A stretch of DNA of 64,000 nt from an uncultured Candidatus Saccharibacteria bacterium (GTDB taxonomy: Bacteria; Patescibacteriota; Saccharimonadia; Saccharimonadales; Saccharimonadaceae). The notes beneath the pieces were generated by a model. It was not told the DNA's origin and made no database searches. It was given only the letters and a program-made list of their open reading frames with translations. The stretch covers positions 2,305 to 66,304 of the forward strand of contig CAUSOC010000003.1 in the NCBI GenBank assembly GCA_963533325.1, read 5' to 3'. Every line of letters starts with the position of its first letter. Within the stretch, counting starts at the first letter, position 1. This document shows, piece by piece, positions 49,270 to 59,210 of this stretch. The position numbers and the translations under genes were made by a program.

Positions 49270-51696
49270 CTAACCAATTTGACGGTCGCTCGGGGCCTCA
49301 CCTACTGCCGCGCGAATCTGCTCAGCAGTGATGATGGTTGTACTGCCTGGCACAACTGTGCCTGCCAACAGCTGCTTGGCAACAGTATTTTCGACAGCGC
49401 GCTGCACGACGCGTCGCATAGGTCGCGCACCAAGGCGTGGATCATATCCAGCATCAACGAGTAGCTGCTTACCCTCAGGTTCGACAGCAACTTGAATCTT
49501 CTGAGGCTCCAGCGTACGGTTAACTCCCGCCAAAATCAAGTCGATGACTTGCAATAGTTCAGCTTTGCCTAGAGGACGGAACAACACAATTTCATCAAAT
49601 CGGTTCAAGAACTCGGGACGGAACAAATTGGCATTGATCAGTTCATTGATGAAGGTTTGTTCAAATTGTTCCAGCTGATAGCCACGCTCAATGTATTCAC
49701 GGATGCGGTCAGCACCAGCATTTGACGTCGCAATGACGATACAGTCGCGAAAACTAACTTCTCGGTTTTTCTCATCACGCAGAATACCTTCATCCAGCAG
49801 CTGCAGCAACGTCGTCAGTACTTGTGGATGCGCCTTTTCTATCTCGTCAAGCAGCACCACCGAAAACGGCGCTTTTTGTACCTGAGCTGTCAAACTCAGC
49901 GGATCATTAGCTCCGTCCGCGATCAAACGAGCAACGTCCTCGGCGCGAACAAATTCGTTCAGGTCCAACCGCACCAGATTACCCTCACCACCAAAATACA
50001 CCTCCGCCAAGGCCTTCGACAATTCAGTTTTACCGACACCAGTTGGCCCCAAAAACAGGAACGTACCGATGGGGCGATCGAGGTTTCTCACGCCAGCTCG
50101 CGCTCGACGGATGGCGTCGGATACCACTGACACAGCACGTGACTGGTTGATCATGCGCTGATGAATCAATGATTCAAGGTTTAATAATTTTTCACGTTCA
50201 TCGCCACCAGAGGCCGCAGCGATCTTGATGCCCATGGTTTTTTCCGCCGCATCATCCACTGACTGCGCGGTGATGAGACCACCCTTAGAGATGCTGGCGG
50301 TTGATTCCAATACTTTCAGCGCTCGCCCTGGCATAGCCAAATCTTGGACGTAGCGATCACCAACTCGATACGCTTCATTGAGCGCCTGCAACATGTACGT
50401 CACGCTAAATTGATGTTCAAAGGAAATCAATTGGTCGCGCATAATTTTCATGGTTTCAGCACGATCCGTCGGCTGGACTGCTAGCGTATTTAACGCATGA
50501 GCCAGCTGGGTGTTACGTTGGGAAATCTGCAAAAATCGCTGCTGATCTAGAGACAAAATGATACGCAGGCGACCGGCTTCTAAAACGGGCAATAGTAAAT
50601 TACTCATATCCACCGAACCAACGCCCTCTTCAAAAAATAGCTGAGCATTCTCCAAGCACAAAATAACATTTTTTGAGGCAAACGCTTCATTGAGCAGTCT
50701 CGTTACCAATTGTTCCAATTCACCACGACCGCCCGCCACAGAAATCAACGCCGACGCGTCCAGCAAGAACACTTGCTGATACAGCAAATTAGGCGGCACT
50801 TCCTTATGTCCATCGATCAGCATTTCTGCAAACGCCGCGATGAGCGTACTCTTGCCGACGCCATCTGGACCAACCAAGGCAACATTTTGACGACCGCCAG
50901 TATTGAAAATCTGCAGCATCTGATCTAGCACATCAGTATGTGCGTCCAGACGCGTCATAATCGTCCCGCCCGACACTTGCTGACTCAGGTTTTGAGCAAA
51001 TCGGCTGAGCAGCGGCGTATAACCAAACGACCAATCTCGCGCTATACCGCCAGTGCGCAGCGGTTTTTCTTTGAAATCTTCGACCAGCGCTTTCAGCCGC
51101 TCATACCAGCGAATTCCCTCCAGCACATCCTGAAAATCCAGCTTCAAACTTGCCAAAATAGCGTCGTGGCTCGGGAACACTTTAACGATGGCTGCTGCGA
51201 CGACCGCGCCCGTCACTTTGGGGCTATTGGTTTCCTGCCAGATGTCAATCGCCGCTTGCCAGATAGCGCCGGTCATCCGTGGATCATCGGACGCAATGTT
51301 ACTCAGGAAGTTCGGCGTCAGCCCAAGGCGCACCGCCAAAAATTGACCAGCCCGAGTTTTTGAGATAGCCATCACTAATTCTTGTGGCGTTGGGTTTTTG
51401 CTCAATTGACCCAGCAAATCTGCAGCCATGACATCATCAAGCGTCGTCGGATGTTTGCTCACTTCAGCGGTTTTGAGATCACCCTGCCACCAAATCGTCA
51501 GCATCACAAATGGACCGCTCATACCCACCAACAACCAACCGATTGGCCCGTGATGAATCACTGACCAGCAGCCCAACAAGATCATCGCTAGACTACACAG
51601 ACCCAGTAGTAAATGCCAAACATCACCAAAACGAACCGAAAATCGCGCCTTTTGCGACCGCTGGCTATCATAGCGAATTATCGGCTCGATATTCAT
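49270..51696 (-). CDS. Membrane-anchored ClpA/B-like double AAA+ ATPase
   Basis: Two N-terminal TM segments; NBD1 GPDGVGKS with degenerate Walker B (LCLENAQ); NBD2 GPTGVGKT, LLDEIEKAH, RPEFLNRFD, GARPMRR. Confidence 0.88.
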   Translation of the reverse strand: MNIEPIIRYDSQRSQKARFSVRFGDVWHLLLGLCSLAMILLGCWSVIHHGPIGWLLVGMSGPFVMLTIWWQGDLKTAEVSKHPTTLDDVMAADLLGQLSKNPTPQELVMAISKTRAGQFLAVRLGLTPNFLSNIASDDPRMTGAIWQAAIDIWQETNSPKVTGAVVAAAIVKVFPSHDAILASLKLDFQDVLEGIRWYERLKALVEDFKEKPLRTGGIARDWSFGYTPLLSRFAQNLSQQVSGGTIMTRLDAHTDVLDQMLQIFNTGGRQNVALVGPDGVGKSTLIAAFAEMLIDGHKEVPPNLLYQQVFLLDASALISVAGGRGELEQLVTRLLNEAFASKNVILCLENAQLFFEEGVGSVDMSNLLLPVLEAGRLRIILSLDQQRFLQISQRNTQLAHALNTLAVQPTDRAETMKIMRDQLISFEHQFSVTYMLQALNEAYRVGDRYVQDLAMPGRALKVLESTASISKGGLITAQSVDDAAEKTMGIKIAAASGGDEREKLLNLESLIHQRMINQSRAVSVVSDAIRRARAGVRNLDRPIGTFLFLGPTGVGKTELSKALAEVYFGGEGNLVRLDLNEFVRAEDVARLIADGANDPLSLTAQVQKAPFSVVLLDEIEKAHPQVLTTLLQLLDEGILRDEKNREVSFRDCIVIATSNAGADRIREYIERGYQLEQFEQTFINELINANLFRPEFLNRFDEIVLFRPLGKAELLQVIDLILAGVNRTLEPQKIQVAVEPEGKQLLVDAGYDPRLGARPMRRVVQRAVENTVAKQLLAGTVVPGSTTIITAEQIRAAVGEAPSDRQIG

Positions 51697-52067
51697 GACG
51701 CTACTCCCATCTGCCAAAAGATGATGCCTATCAGTGGCGCCAATGGCAGCAGCAGCCAAGCCGCAATGATCAGCACGCTCCACAACATTCTAACCAGAAG
51801 GCAAATAAGCCCAACTGCTATCAAGATTGTCCGCAAAAATGCGCCAAACACCCTGGAAAATGATCTATCAAGAAACGCTCGAAATTGCTCCGGCAATCCG
51901 CCCTGCACCACACCAGCAGATATTTGCCGAAATGGATTAAACAAAGTCTTGAGCAGTAAGCCAATTGAGAAAAAATCAGCTGTTTTTAATAGACCAACAT
52001 AGACTTGCCTGACGTGCTTATATAGTCCAGTTCCATACCACCACTGAAAGATTCCCACCAAAAACAT
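51693..52067 (-). CDS. Small membrane protein coupled to the Clp-like ATPase
   Basis: ATGA overlap; WWY and TLFNPFRQ segments; hydrophobic C-terminal half. Confidence 0.8.
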   Translation of the reverse strand: MFLVGIFQWWYGTGLYKHVRQVYVGLLKTADFFSIGLLLKTLFNPFRQISAGVVQGGLPEQFRAFLDRSFSRVFGAFLRTILIAVGLICLLVRMLWSVLIIAAWLLLPLAPLIGIIFWQMGVAS

Positions 52068-52115
52068 ATTATCAGTATATCACGACTCGCGCGGTTGGTG
52101 CTATAATATCTCTAT

Positions 52116-53378
52116 ATGATTCGACACATAGTGACAACCGCCATCGGCAAAGCTGTCCGTGGCGGCATGAGATTACGCGGCGGCGGCTCGGCCCTGCCAG
52201 GCCTAGTGGTAGAAAAAATTGACTCAGGTTTCATCCCTCGCGCGCTGCAAGATTTGCCCTACGGCGTGGTCGTAGTGTCAGGAACCAACGGCAAAACTAC
52301 GACAACAAAAATCGTCGTCGAGCTGTTGGAAGCGACAGGCCTCAAAGTCTTCACTAACCGCACTGGTAGTAATTTCTCTCGTGGCGTGGCAGCGGCACTG
52401 TTAGGCGCTGTTAGCCAGCGAGGCAAATTGGACGCTGATATCGCAGTCCTGGAACTAGACGAAGCCTGGGCTGTTAAATTTGTGCAACAGGTGCAGCCAA
52501 AATATTCGCTGCTGCTCAACGTCATGCGTGATCAGCTGGATCGATTTGGCGAGATAGACACTGCAGCGGGTTTTTTGGAAAAAATTGCAGCCGCTACTAC
52601 TGACCGCGTGGTCTTAAACCGTGATGATCCACGAGTCTTCCGCATCCATGAAAAGACTTCAGCGACGACATCCTATTTTGGCTTGACCACCGACCTACTG
52701 CGGCTCATGCCAACAGATGATTCCCTGAAAACCGGCGATGCTGTGGCGAATGAATCAGTCCACGCAGATGTGCTGTTGACAGCCGTGGCGGAACAAGGGG
52801 CTGAGTTTTTGATAGACGACACAAACTATAAAACCGAGATTGCTCTGAGTGGAGTGTACAATCTACTAAACGCGGCAGCGGCCATGACTCTGGTCAGAAC
52901 CATCGTGCCAGAAACGCCAATTCCTGTGCTACTAGATACGCTGTCAAAAGTCAAACCAGCGTTTGGTCGCGGCGAAGTCATCACCTACAACGGCACGTCC
53001 ATTGACCTCCTGTTGGTCAAAAACCCCAGTGGCTTTCGGCTCAGTCTGCTGTCTTTTGGTAAACGACAGCGTCATACTATGATCGCCATCAATGACAATT
53101 ACGCCGACGGTCGCGACATGAGTTGGCTGTGGGATGTTGATTTTTCTGTGCTGAAAAATGTCAGCATGGTCAGTGGCGTCCGAGCCTATGACATGGCACT
53201 GCGACTGAACTATGACGAGGTCACCGTTGGTGCTGTCGAACCAGATTTGGCAAAAGCGTTGGATGAGTTTTTGGCACAAGCACCCACAGAGCCAAAACAG
53301 ATCTTTTGTAGCTATACCGCCATGACCACCCTACGACGGTTGTTGAGCGAAAAAACAGATGTGGAGGATATTTCATGA
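52116..53378 (+). CDS. murT: Lipid II isoglutaminyl synthase, Mur ligase subunit
   Basis: GGSALPG, SGTNGKTTT, ELDE, RDQLDRFGE, LVKNP, DGRDMSWLWDVDF. Confidence 0.93.
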   Translation: MIRHIVTTAIGKAVRGGMRLRGGGSALPGLVVEKIDSGFIPRALQDLPYGVVVVSGTNGKTTTTKIVVELLEATGLKVFTNRTGSNFSRGVAAALLGAVSQRGKLDADIAVLELDEAWAVKFVQQVQPKYSLLLNVMRDQLDRFGEIDTAAGFLEKIAAATTDRVVLNRDDPRVFRIHEKTSATTSYFGLTTDLLRLMPTDDSLKTGDAVANESVHADVLLTAVAEQGAEFLIDDTNYKTEIALSGVYNLLNAAAAMTLVRTIVPETPIPVLLDTLSKVKPAFGRGEVITYNGTSIDLLLVKNPSGFRLSLLSFGKRQRHTMIAINDNYADGRDMSWLWDVDFSVLKNVSMVSGVRAYDMALRLNYDEVTVGAVEPDLAKALDEFLAQAPTEPKQIFCSYTAMTTLRRLLSEKTDVEDIS

Positions 53379-54100
53379 CAACGATCAAAATCATCCAACT
53401 ATACCCCAAAGACATGAACCTCTACGGCGACTGGGGCAACACCTTGACGCTCAAAAAACGGCTGGAATGGCGGGGCTTTGGTGTCGAAATCATTGACCAT
53501 AATCCAGGAGACACAACTGACTTTTCAACTGGAGATATCTTTGTCGGTGGCGGCGGACAAGACGCTGGGCAGTTGGCCATTCAAGACGACTTGCTGTCAC
53601 GCGGTGAGGAATTGAAAACTCTGGCAAATGACGGCGTTCCCATGTTGCTTATCTGTGGTATGTATCAGTTGTTTGGGCGACAATTTGTTACCAACGACGG
53701 CTCCATCATTCGTGGCATTGGTGTGCTGCCAGTGGAAACAACCGCCGGAGAGGAACGACTCATCGGCAACATCACCCTGGAAAGTGAAGAATTTGGCACT
53801 ATTGTTGGCTATGAGAATCACAGCGGTCAGACGTTCCTGGACGACACAGTCCAGCCACTGGGTAAGGTGGTACGCGGTGCTGGCAACAACAATACTGACG
53901 GCACTGAAGGGGTCAGGCTTCATAACACCATAGCGACCTACCTGCACGGATCGTTATTGCCGAAAAATCCAACGATAGCTGATTTTTTGATAGCCAAAGC
54001 CTTAGAGCGCCGCGGTATATCTGCCGAAGACCTCAAACCGCTTGAAGTTGATACTCTAGCGCAGACAGCGCAACAGGTTGCAGCTGAACGACCGAGATAA
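53375..54100 (+). CDS. gatD: Lipid II isoglutaminyl synthase, glutaminase subunit
   Basis: MNLYGDWGN, GGGQD, ICGMYQL, GYENHSG, TYLHGSLLPKNP. Confidence 0.93.
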   Translation: MTTIKIIQLYPKDMNLYGDWGNTLTLKKRLEWRGFGVEIIDHNPGDTTDFSTGDIFVGGGGQDAGQLAIQDDLLSRGEELKTLANDGVPMLLICGMYQLFGRQFVTNDGSIIRGIGVLPVETTAGEERLIGNITLESEEFGTIVGYENHSGQTFLDDTVQPLGKVVRGAGNNNTDGTEGVRLHNTIATYLHGSLLPKNPTIADFLIAKALERRGISAEDLKPLEVDTLAQTAQQVAAERPR

Positions 54101-54124
54101 ATATCTTATAAATTACAGGCTAGT

Positions 54125-54337
54125 TCAGTCTAGTACTACCCGTGCCTCATTAAAATCTATATGCATATCACTTGCATCCACTATTACTGGGAGAATTTCA
54201 GAAGCCGGCACCCAGTCTTCTCCTGGTAGAGTCATTTCCTCTACCAAAACAGCTATACTGGCTGTTCCACCCAATCTAGCTAAAGTTCTTCTGACGCGCC
54301 CAGTATATATATCATAGATAGAATTTGGGACTTCCAT
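54125..54337 (-). CDS. Small hypothetical protein
   Basis: GAGGAGA RBS before MEVPNSIY; TGGTATAAT upstream; AT-rich, located at the 3' end of tRNA-Pro. Confidence 0.55.
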   Translation of the reverse strand: MEVPNSIYDIYTGRVRRTLARLGGTASIAVLVEEMTLPGEDWVPASEILPVIVDASDMHIDFNEARVVLD

Positions 54338-54394
54338 AAAATAAAATCTCCTCACATTTGGCTACTACTTACTGGATATTATACCATTAATTAT

Positions 54395-54425
54395 AAAACA
54401 CGTCACGGACAATTCCATGACGTGT
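54395..54425 (-). terminator. Terminator after tRNA-Pro
   Basis: acacgtca..tgacgtgt stem followed by a T-run on the minus strand. Confidence 0.7.
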
Positions 54426-54441
54426 ATGTGAGATTACTTTA

Positions 54442-54518
54442 TGGTCGGGGTGAAAGGACTCGAACCTTCGACCTCACGGTCCCAAACCGCGCGCGCTAGC
54501 CAACTGCGCCACACCCCG
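54442..54518 (-). tRNA. tRNA-Pro(TGG)
   Basis: CGGGGTGTGGCGCAG..CGCGG-TTTGGGA-CCGTG..CCCCGACCA. Confidence 0.96.
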
Positions 54519-54604
54519 AAATGAGGTAACTACCTGCAAGGTATTGTAGCACATTGGCGCAGTAAAAGCTAGTCTTGTTGTAGCTATAATTGTATAGCTG
54601 GCGC

Positions 54605-55798
54605 CTACGCTTTGGTCGGTGATATATCGACTGAACGCTCAGCCTTGTCAACTGGTAACGCGTGGTCATGATCAAAGCTATAGACTAAGATTTTGCCAAA
54701 CGGCATTTCTAAGTCTGCGACCTTGTCGTCTGGGATTTGGTCAAGGTATTTGACCAAGGCGCGGATAGAATTACCATGCGCCACCAATAGCACATTTTCA
54801 CCGTCCTGCAGTCGTGGCAATATCTCGGTCTCAAAGTACGGCACAACTCGTGCATACACGTCTTTCAAGGTTTCGCCGTCTGGCACTGGATAATCCCAAC
54901 CGCGACGAATGCCATTGAATGCTTCTTCACCAATCTGATCTTTGACTTCCCATTTGTTGCTACCTGTCAATGTACCATAGTCGCGCTCGTTGAGTTCTGC
55001 TGCATGAATGGTCGGTAATGTGGTGATTTCTGCGCCTTTGAGCAACGCGTCAAGTGTCTGGTGAGTACGCTTCAACGCAGAGGTATACGCCACATCAAAC
55101 GTCGTGTCCTTTAGCAACTGACCAAGCCGCACCGTGTCCGAGATGCCTTTTTCCGTCAGACCGATGTCGGTCAAACCTGTCCATTTACCTTGTAAATTCC
55201 ATTCGCTTTCTCCATGACGGCTGATGAACAATCGCCCAGACGCGCCTTTACGGACTGGTGTGTCGCCACTACCACTATCACCGCCTGTTGTAGAGAAAAC
55301 AATCGTTTCCGTATCAGCATTGTCATCATCAGCGATTGCCGTTTCAAAATATCCCGACTGGTCGTGAGCCCAGGCTTTCAGTGACCATGGTAGCAGCAAT
55401 TCACCTTTTAGCACTTCCTGTTTGCTGATAAATCGCCACTCTTCGATCTCTGGATCGTGGGGACTAATGGCCTCAACCTGCGATTCTTTGATGGACGCTG
55501 TGAAGATGAATTGGTAGGTGATAAACCCATCACCCATGCGCTGCGCCACACCCATCAATGACACATCGCTTGGATTGATAACGATACCAACTTCATCCTT
55601 CACTTCTCGCAGTGCTGCCACTAGTGGTGACTCTTCAGTATCAACCATGCCACCTGGCAGAGCCCAATACGTCTTGTAGTTTGCCTTAACAATCAAAGCT
55701 CGACCTTCAACATCCTCCAACAAGACAGCGGCTCCGGATGGTCGGGCGTCCAAGCTTTCAAGCCATTGACGTCGTTCTGCTCTCATAAACCCATCCAT
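54605..55798 (-). CDS. gpmA: NUDIX hydrolase fused to 2,3-BPG-dependent phosphoglycerate mutase
   Basis: PGGMVDTEESPLVAALREVKDEVG; Gly/Ser linker; SRHGESEWN, LNERDYG, VAHGNSIRA. Confidence 0.88.
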   Translation of the reverse strand: MDGFMRAERRQWLESLDARPSGAAVLLEDVEGRALIVKANYKTYWALPGGMVDTEESPLVAALREVKDEVGIVINPSDVSLMGVAQRMGDGFITYQFIFTASIKESQVEAISPHDPEIEEWRFISKQEVLKGELLLPWSLKAWAHDQSGYFETAIADDDNADTETIVFSTTGGDSGSGDTPVRKGASGRLFISRHGESEWNLQGKWTGLTDIGLTEKGISDTVRLGQLLKDTTFDVAYTSALKRTHQTLDALLKGAEITTLPTIHAAELNERDYGTLTGSNKWEVKDQIGEEAFNGIRRGWDYPVPDGETLKDVYARVVPYFETEILPRLQDGENVLLVAHGNSIRALVKYLDQIPDDKVADLEMPFGKILVYSFDHDHALPVDKAERSVDISPTKA

Positions 55799-57288
55799 TA
55801 TTTTGCAAACTCCACTGCCCGCGTTTCGCGGATAACATTAACTTTGATAGTACCCGGATATTGCATGGTTGATTCGATCTTAGTGGCAATATCACGAGAC
55901 AATTTGATAGCACTCAGGTCATCAACCTTTTCTGGCTTGACAATCACCCGCACTTCTCGTCCGGCAGAAATTGCATAGGCCTTATCGATGCCCTCAAAGC
56001 TGGTAGCTACGTTTTCCAAGTCGCGCATGCGTTCAGCAAAGTTCTCCGCTGAGATGTTACGTGCACCTGGGCGTGCTGCTGAAGCAGCGTCTACCACACG
56101 AACCACCAATGCCTCTGGCGTTGTCGCTTCAATATCGTCATGGTGCGCCTCAATAGCATGTGCAATTCGCTCATCCATACCGTATTTACGTGCTAATTCT
56201 GCCGCAATGTGGTGGTGTTTACCTTCAATCTTGTGCGTCACTGCCTTACCAGAGTCGTGCAACAATGTCGCGATCTTTGATATACGAACGTCAGCGCCAA
56301 TTTCCTCAGCAATCATCCCCGCCATCTGCGCCATCTCAGTCGAGTGCTTCAGCACGTTCTGACCATACGAAGTTCGGAATTTCAATTCACCCAACAGACG
56401 CAACATTTCTTTTGGAATACCAACAACACCCGCTTCACGCATGGCATCTTCACCGGCCTGCTTCACTTCTTTGTCAATCTGTTTTTGCGCCTTAGCAACA
56501 ACTTCCTCAATGCGCGCTGGATGGATGCGTCCATCTTTCATCAGCATCTCCAAACTCAAACGCGCAACCTGGCGACGAACTGGGTCAAAGCTCGACAAAA
56601 CCACCATACCGGGTGTGTCGTCCACTAGAATGTCGACGCCAGTGGCACGTTGCAACGCCTGAATATTACGACCTTCCTTACCGATGATGCGACCCTTCAT
56701 CTCGTCATCAGTCAGCTTCACTGCCGTCACAGTACGCTCAGCGGTTACTTCGCTACTCATTCGCTCCATGGCGGTAAGCAAAATAGTCTGGGCCCGCTCC
56801 TCAGCATCGTCCATGGCCTCGTGCTGCAATTTTGCAACCAATTTGATGAGGTCGTCACGAATGTCACGCTCAGTCATCTGCATCAATTTTTCGGCTGCAT
56901 CTTTCTTTTTCAGGCCAGCAATTTTTTCCAATTTCTCCTGCTGACGAGTACGAATCTGCCGAATCTCATTTTTCAAATCATCGATCTCATCTTCGTGCGC
57001 CCGCAATTTTTCTGACCGACGGTCCAGCTCTTCAAGCTTGTTATCAAGCGTCTTTTCACGATCCGCCAGACGATTTTCCGTTTTTTGCCACTCTCGACGA
57101 CGTTCATTCTCAATTTTCAGTGCCTCATCTTTTGCCTTAAGAACGATGTCGCTCGCTTTGGTTTTTGCGTTCGCCAAATCTTTATCAATTTGCGACTTCG
57201 CCTGTGAACGGCGTACTGTTTGATACCCATAGAGCGCGCCCGCGCCTAAACTGGCCCCAACAAGTGCGCCAATGACAATTCCTGCCAT
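55798..57288 (-). CDS. rny: Ribonuclease Y
   Basis: N-terminal TM, coiled coil, KH domain (KGRIIGKEGRNI), HD domain (LLHDSGKA), AARPGAR. Confidence 0.97.
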   Translation of the reverse strand: MAGIVIGALVGASLGAGALYGYQTVRRSQAKSQIDKDLANAKTKASDIVLKAKDEALKIENERRREWQKTENRLADREKTLDNKLEELDRRSEKLRAHEDEIDDLKNEIRQIRTRQQEKLEKIAGLKKKDAAEKLMQMTERDIRDDLIKLVAKLQHEAMDDAEERAQTILLTAMERMSSEVTAERTVTAVKLTDDEMKGRIIGKEGRNIQALQRATGVDILVDDTPGMVVLSSFDPVRRQVARLSLEMLMKDGRIHPARIEEVVAKAQKQIDKEVKQAGEDAMREAGVVGIPKEMLRLLGELKFRTSYGQNVLKHSTEMAQMAGMIAEEIGADVRISKIATLLHDSGKAVTHKIEGKHHHIAAELARKYGMDERIAHAIEAHHDDIEATTPEALVVRVVDAASAARPGARNISAENFAERMRDLENVATSFEGIDKAYAISAGREVRVIVKPEKVDDLSAIKLSRDIATKIESTMQYPGTIKVNVIRETRAVEFAK

Positions 57289-57461
57289 ACTTCAGTATTC
57301 CTTTCCGACCAACTGCCCCTGAGTATTCGCCTCAAGGAAATATATCAACAGCCAATCAACTTCAAACTATCTAATCCGGCGAACCGCATCATACAAATCG
57401 CCGTAATTTAATTATACACGGTTTCTGGAGTTTTGACACGGAAAGCACGCAATGTCTCTAA

Positions 57462-58271
57462 TTACTTGCTTTTTACGAAAAATATAAGGCCAGCAATAAC
57501 AAACAGCACCCAAATCATAGAGGTAAAGAAGTAATCAAATGGTATGAGTATAAACCACACTATATCGCTGACATATAATGCTAAATAGCTCAGGACAACA
57601 GCAGTAATAATCCTCCCAATCAACATTATTGGCAGAATCGCCAATAATGTAAGACCAATCTTGCGATATTTTTTTGCACGTTCAGCCACCTCCTTATCGA
57701 CCTTACTGCTATTCCGAGATTTATTATATATCCAGACCAGCTTGTCTTTGCATGTCAGTAAATACCATAGATACATTGACCCAACCGCAGATATCCAAGC
57801 CGCTACTCCATAAGAATGTTTCATAGTCATCAATACATCATGCGCAATGACACATGATGCATTCATTACTTCACTACGTTCGCATCCATAAACCAGATAG
57901 CAAAAACCTAATATTTTGAGGACAATAAACATCAGTAGAGGTAAGGCTGTTACATATACTGCGATAATTCTTTGGCGATACCTATCAACTCGACGATCCT
58001 CCTTAATAACCCAAGCGCTCTGAGCTGCAAGATTAATGCCAAATACAAACAGCATAAAGCCAAGCCCCGCCGTATTACCACGGTTAGTATCGCCATTTGA
58101 GTTAACAATTCCCAATAAGAGCATAACGGCCGCATATAACATTATCCCCAAACTGCCAATAAAAATAGCTGCCTCTGCTGCGCTATTCGGCTGCGGAGTG
58201 CTCGTCTTTACAGTTTTTGCGGTTTTCTTGCGTTTTAGAGGTTGTTTTGGTTTCATGGCACGCTCTGTCAT
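57462..58271 (-). CDS. Multi-pass membrane hypothetical protein (AT-rich)
   Basis: About six hydrophobic segments after a basic N-terminus; start trimmed to avoid the tsaB overlap. Confidence 0.7.
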   Translation of the reverse strand: MTERAMKPKQPLKRKKTAKTVKTSTPQPNSAAEAAIFIGSLGIMLYAAVMLLLGIVNSNGDTNRGNTAGLGFMLFVFGINLAAQSAWVIKEDRRVDRYRQRIIAVYVTALPLLMFIVLKILGFCYLVYGCERSEVMNASCVIAHDVLMTMKHSYGVAAWISAVGSMYLWYLLTCKDKLVWIYNKSRNSSKVDKEVAERAKKYRKIGLTLLAILPIMLIGRIITAVVLSYLALYVSDIVWFILIPFDYFFTSMIWVLFVIAGLIFFVKSK

Positions 58272-58296
58272 GCCGTAAATTATACCATAGCCGTCA

Positions 58297-58683
58297 TCAT
58301 TTTTTTGGCGCAGTAATGTGTGCTGCAGCACCATACTCTGGCATGACAATTTTCTCGTCTTCACCAGAGCGTAATTTTTCCAACGCTTGCTCCTGCCAGT
58401 TCTCGCCCGTCGCGCCAACGATTGGCACCTGCAAACCGTCAGCCAGGGTATTGGCCACCGTCAACCCAATCCTCAACCCAGTAAAGCTTCCTGGACCTTT
58501 CATCACGCCAATACCAGTCAACGCGTGCATGTCGGCGTTTTGTTTGGCCAAGCTGTCTCTGAGAAAGCCCAACAGTCCTTTGGCTAAGGTGCGGTCAGCC
58601 TGCCACTCATACGACACCGTGCCTTCTTGACTGACAAGTGTCACGTAACAAACTGGGGTTGATGTATCAAGTAGCAATAACAT
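58297..58683 (-). CDS. tsaB: t6A biosynthesis protein TsaB (short form)
   Basis: LLLDTS, GPGSFTGLRIG, PEY; adjacent to tsaE. Confidence 0.93.
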   Translation of the reverse strand: MLLLLDTSTPVCYVTLVSQEGTVSYEWQADRTLAKGLLGFLRDSLAKQNADMHALTGIGVMKGPGSFTGLRIGLTVANTLADGLQVPIVGATGENWQEQALEKLRSGEDEKIVMPEYGAAAHITAPKK

Positions 58684-58684
58684 T

Positions 58685-59152
58685 TCATCTCCTCTCAAAA
58701 AACTCATCAACAGCACTAAGTAGCCGTTCGGAACGAACACCATTAGCGGTAACCTCCAGCTGTCGCTCCGTTTCAGTTGTAGCGGTAATTGTGATCACCA
58801 ATCGGTCACTCGGTAGCACCTCATTAACCGCGCCGGCCCATTCAATAACCGTGATGGTTGAGTCCTCTTGCATCATTTCAGAAATCTCATCGCCCATGAT
58901 GCCGGCTTCACCCAAGCGGTAAAAATCATAGTGACACAGGCGCAAACCGTCACGTGCATCATACACGCGCGAAATGGTAAATGTCGGACTTTGAATTGGT
59001 TCGGTAATTGCCAACCCTTCCGCCAAACCTTTAGTAAGCGTAGTCTTGCCAGCGCCCACATCGCCGATCAGCTCTATCACTTCACCGCCAGCCAGCGCCT
59101 GACCAATCGCCCGCCCCAGTGCTTTCATCTCCGTTTCATCATGTATCTTCAC
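58685..59152 (-). CDS. tsaE: t6A biosynthesis ATPase TsaE
   Basis: GDVGAGKTT, QSPTF, HYDFYRL, VIEW. Confidence 0.96.
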   Translation of the reverse strand: MKIHDETEMKALGRAIGQALAGGEVIELIGDVGAGKTTLTKGLAEGLAITEPIQSPTFTISRVYDARDGLRLCHYDFYRLGEAGIMGDEISEMMQEDSTITVIEWAGAVNEVLPSDRLVITITATTETERQLEVTANGVRSERLLSAVDEFFERR

Positions 59153-59210
59153 ACTTTTAGTATATCATTGTTTTTTCAATTCAACTGTTCTATACTAAAG
59201 CATAAGTGAT

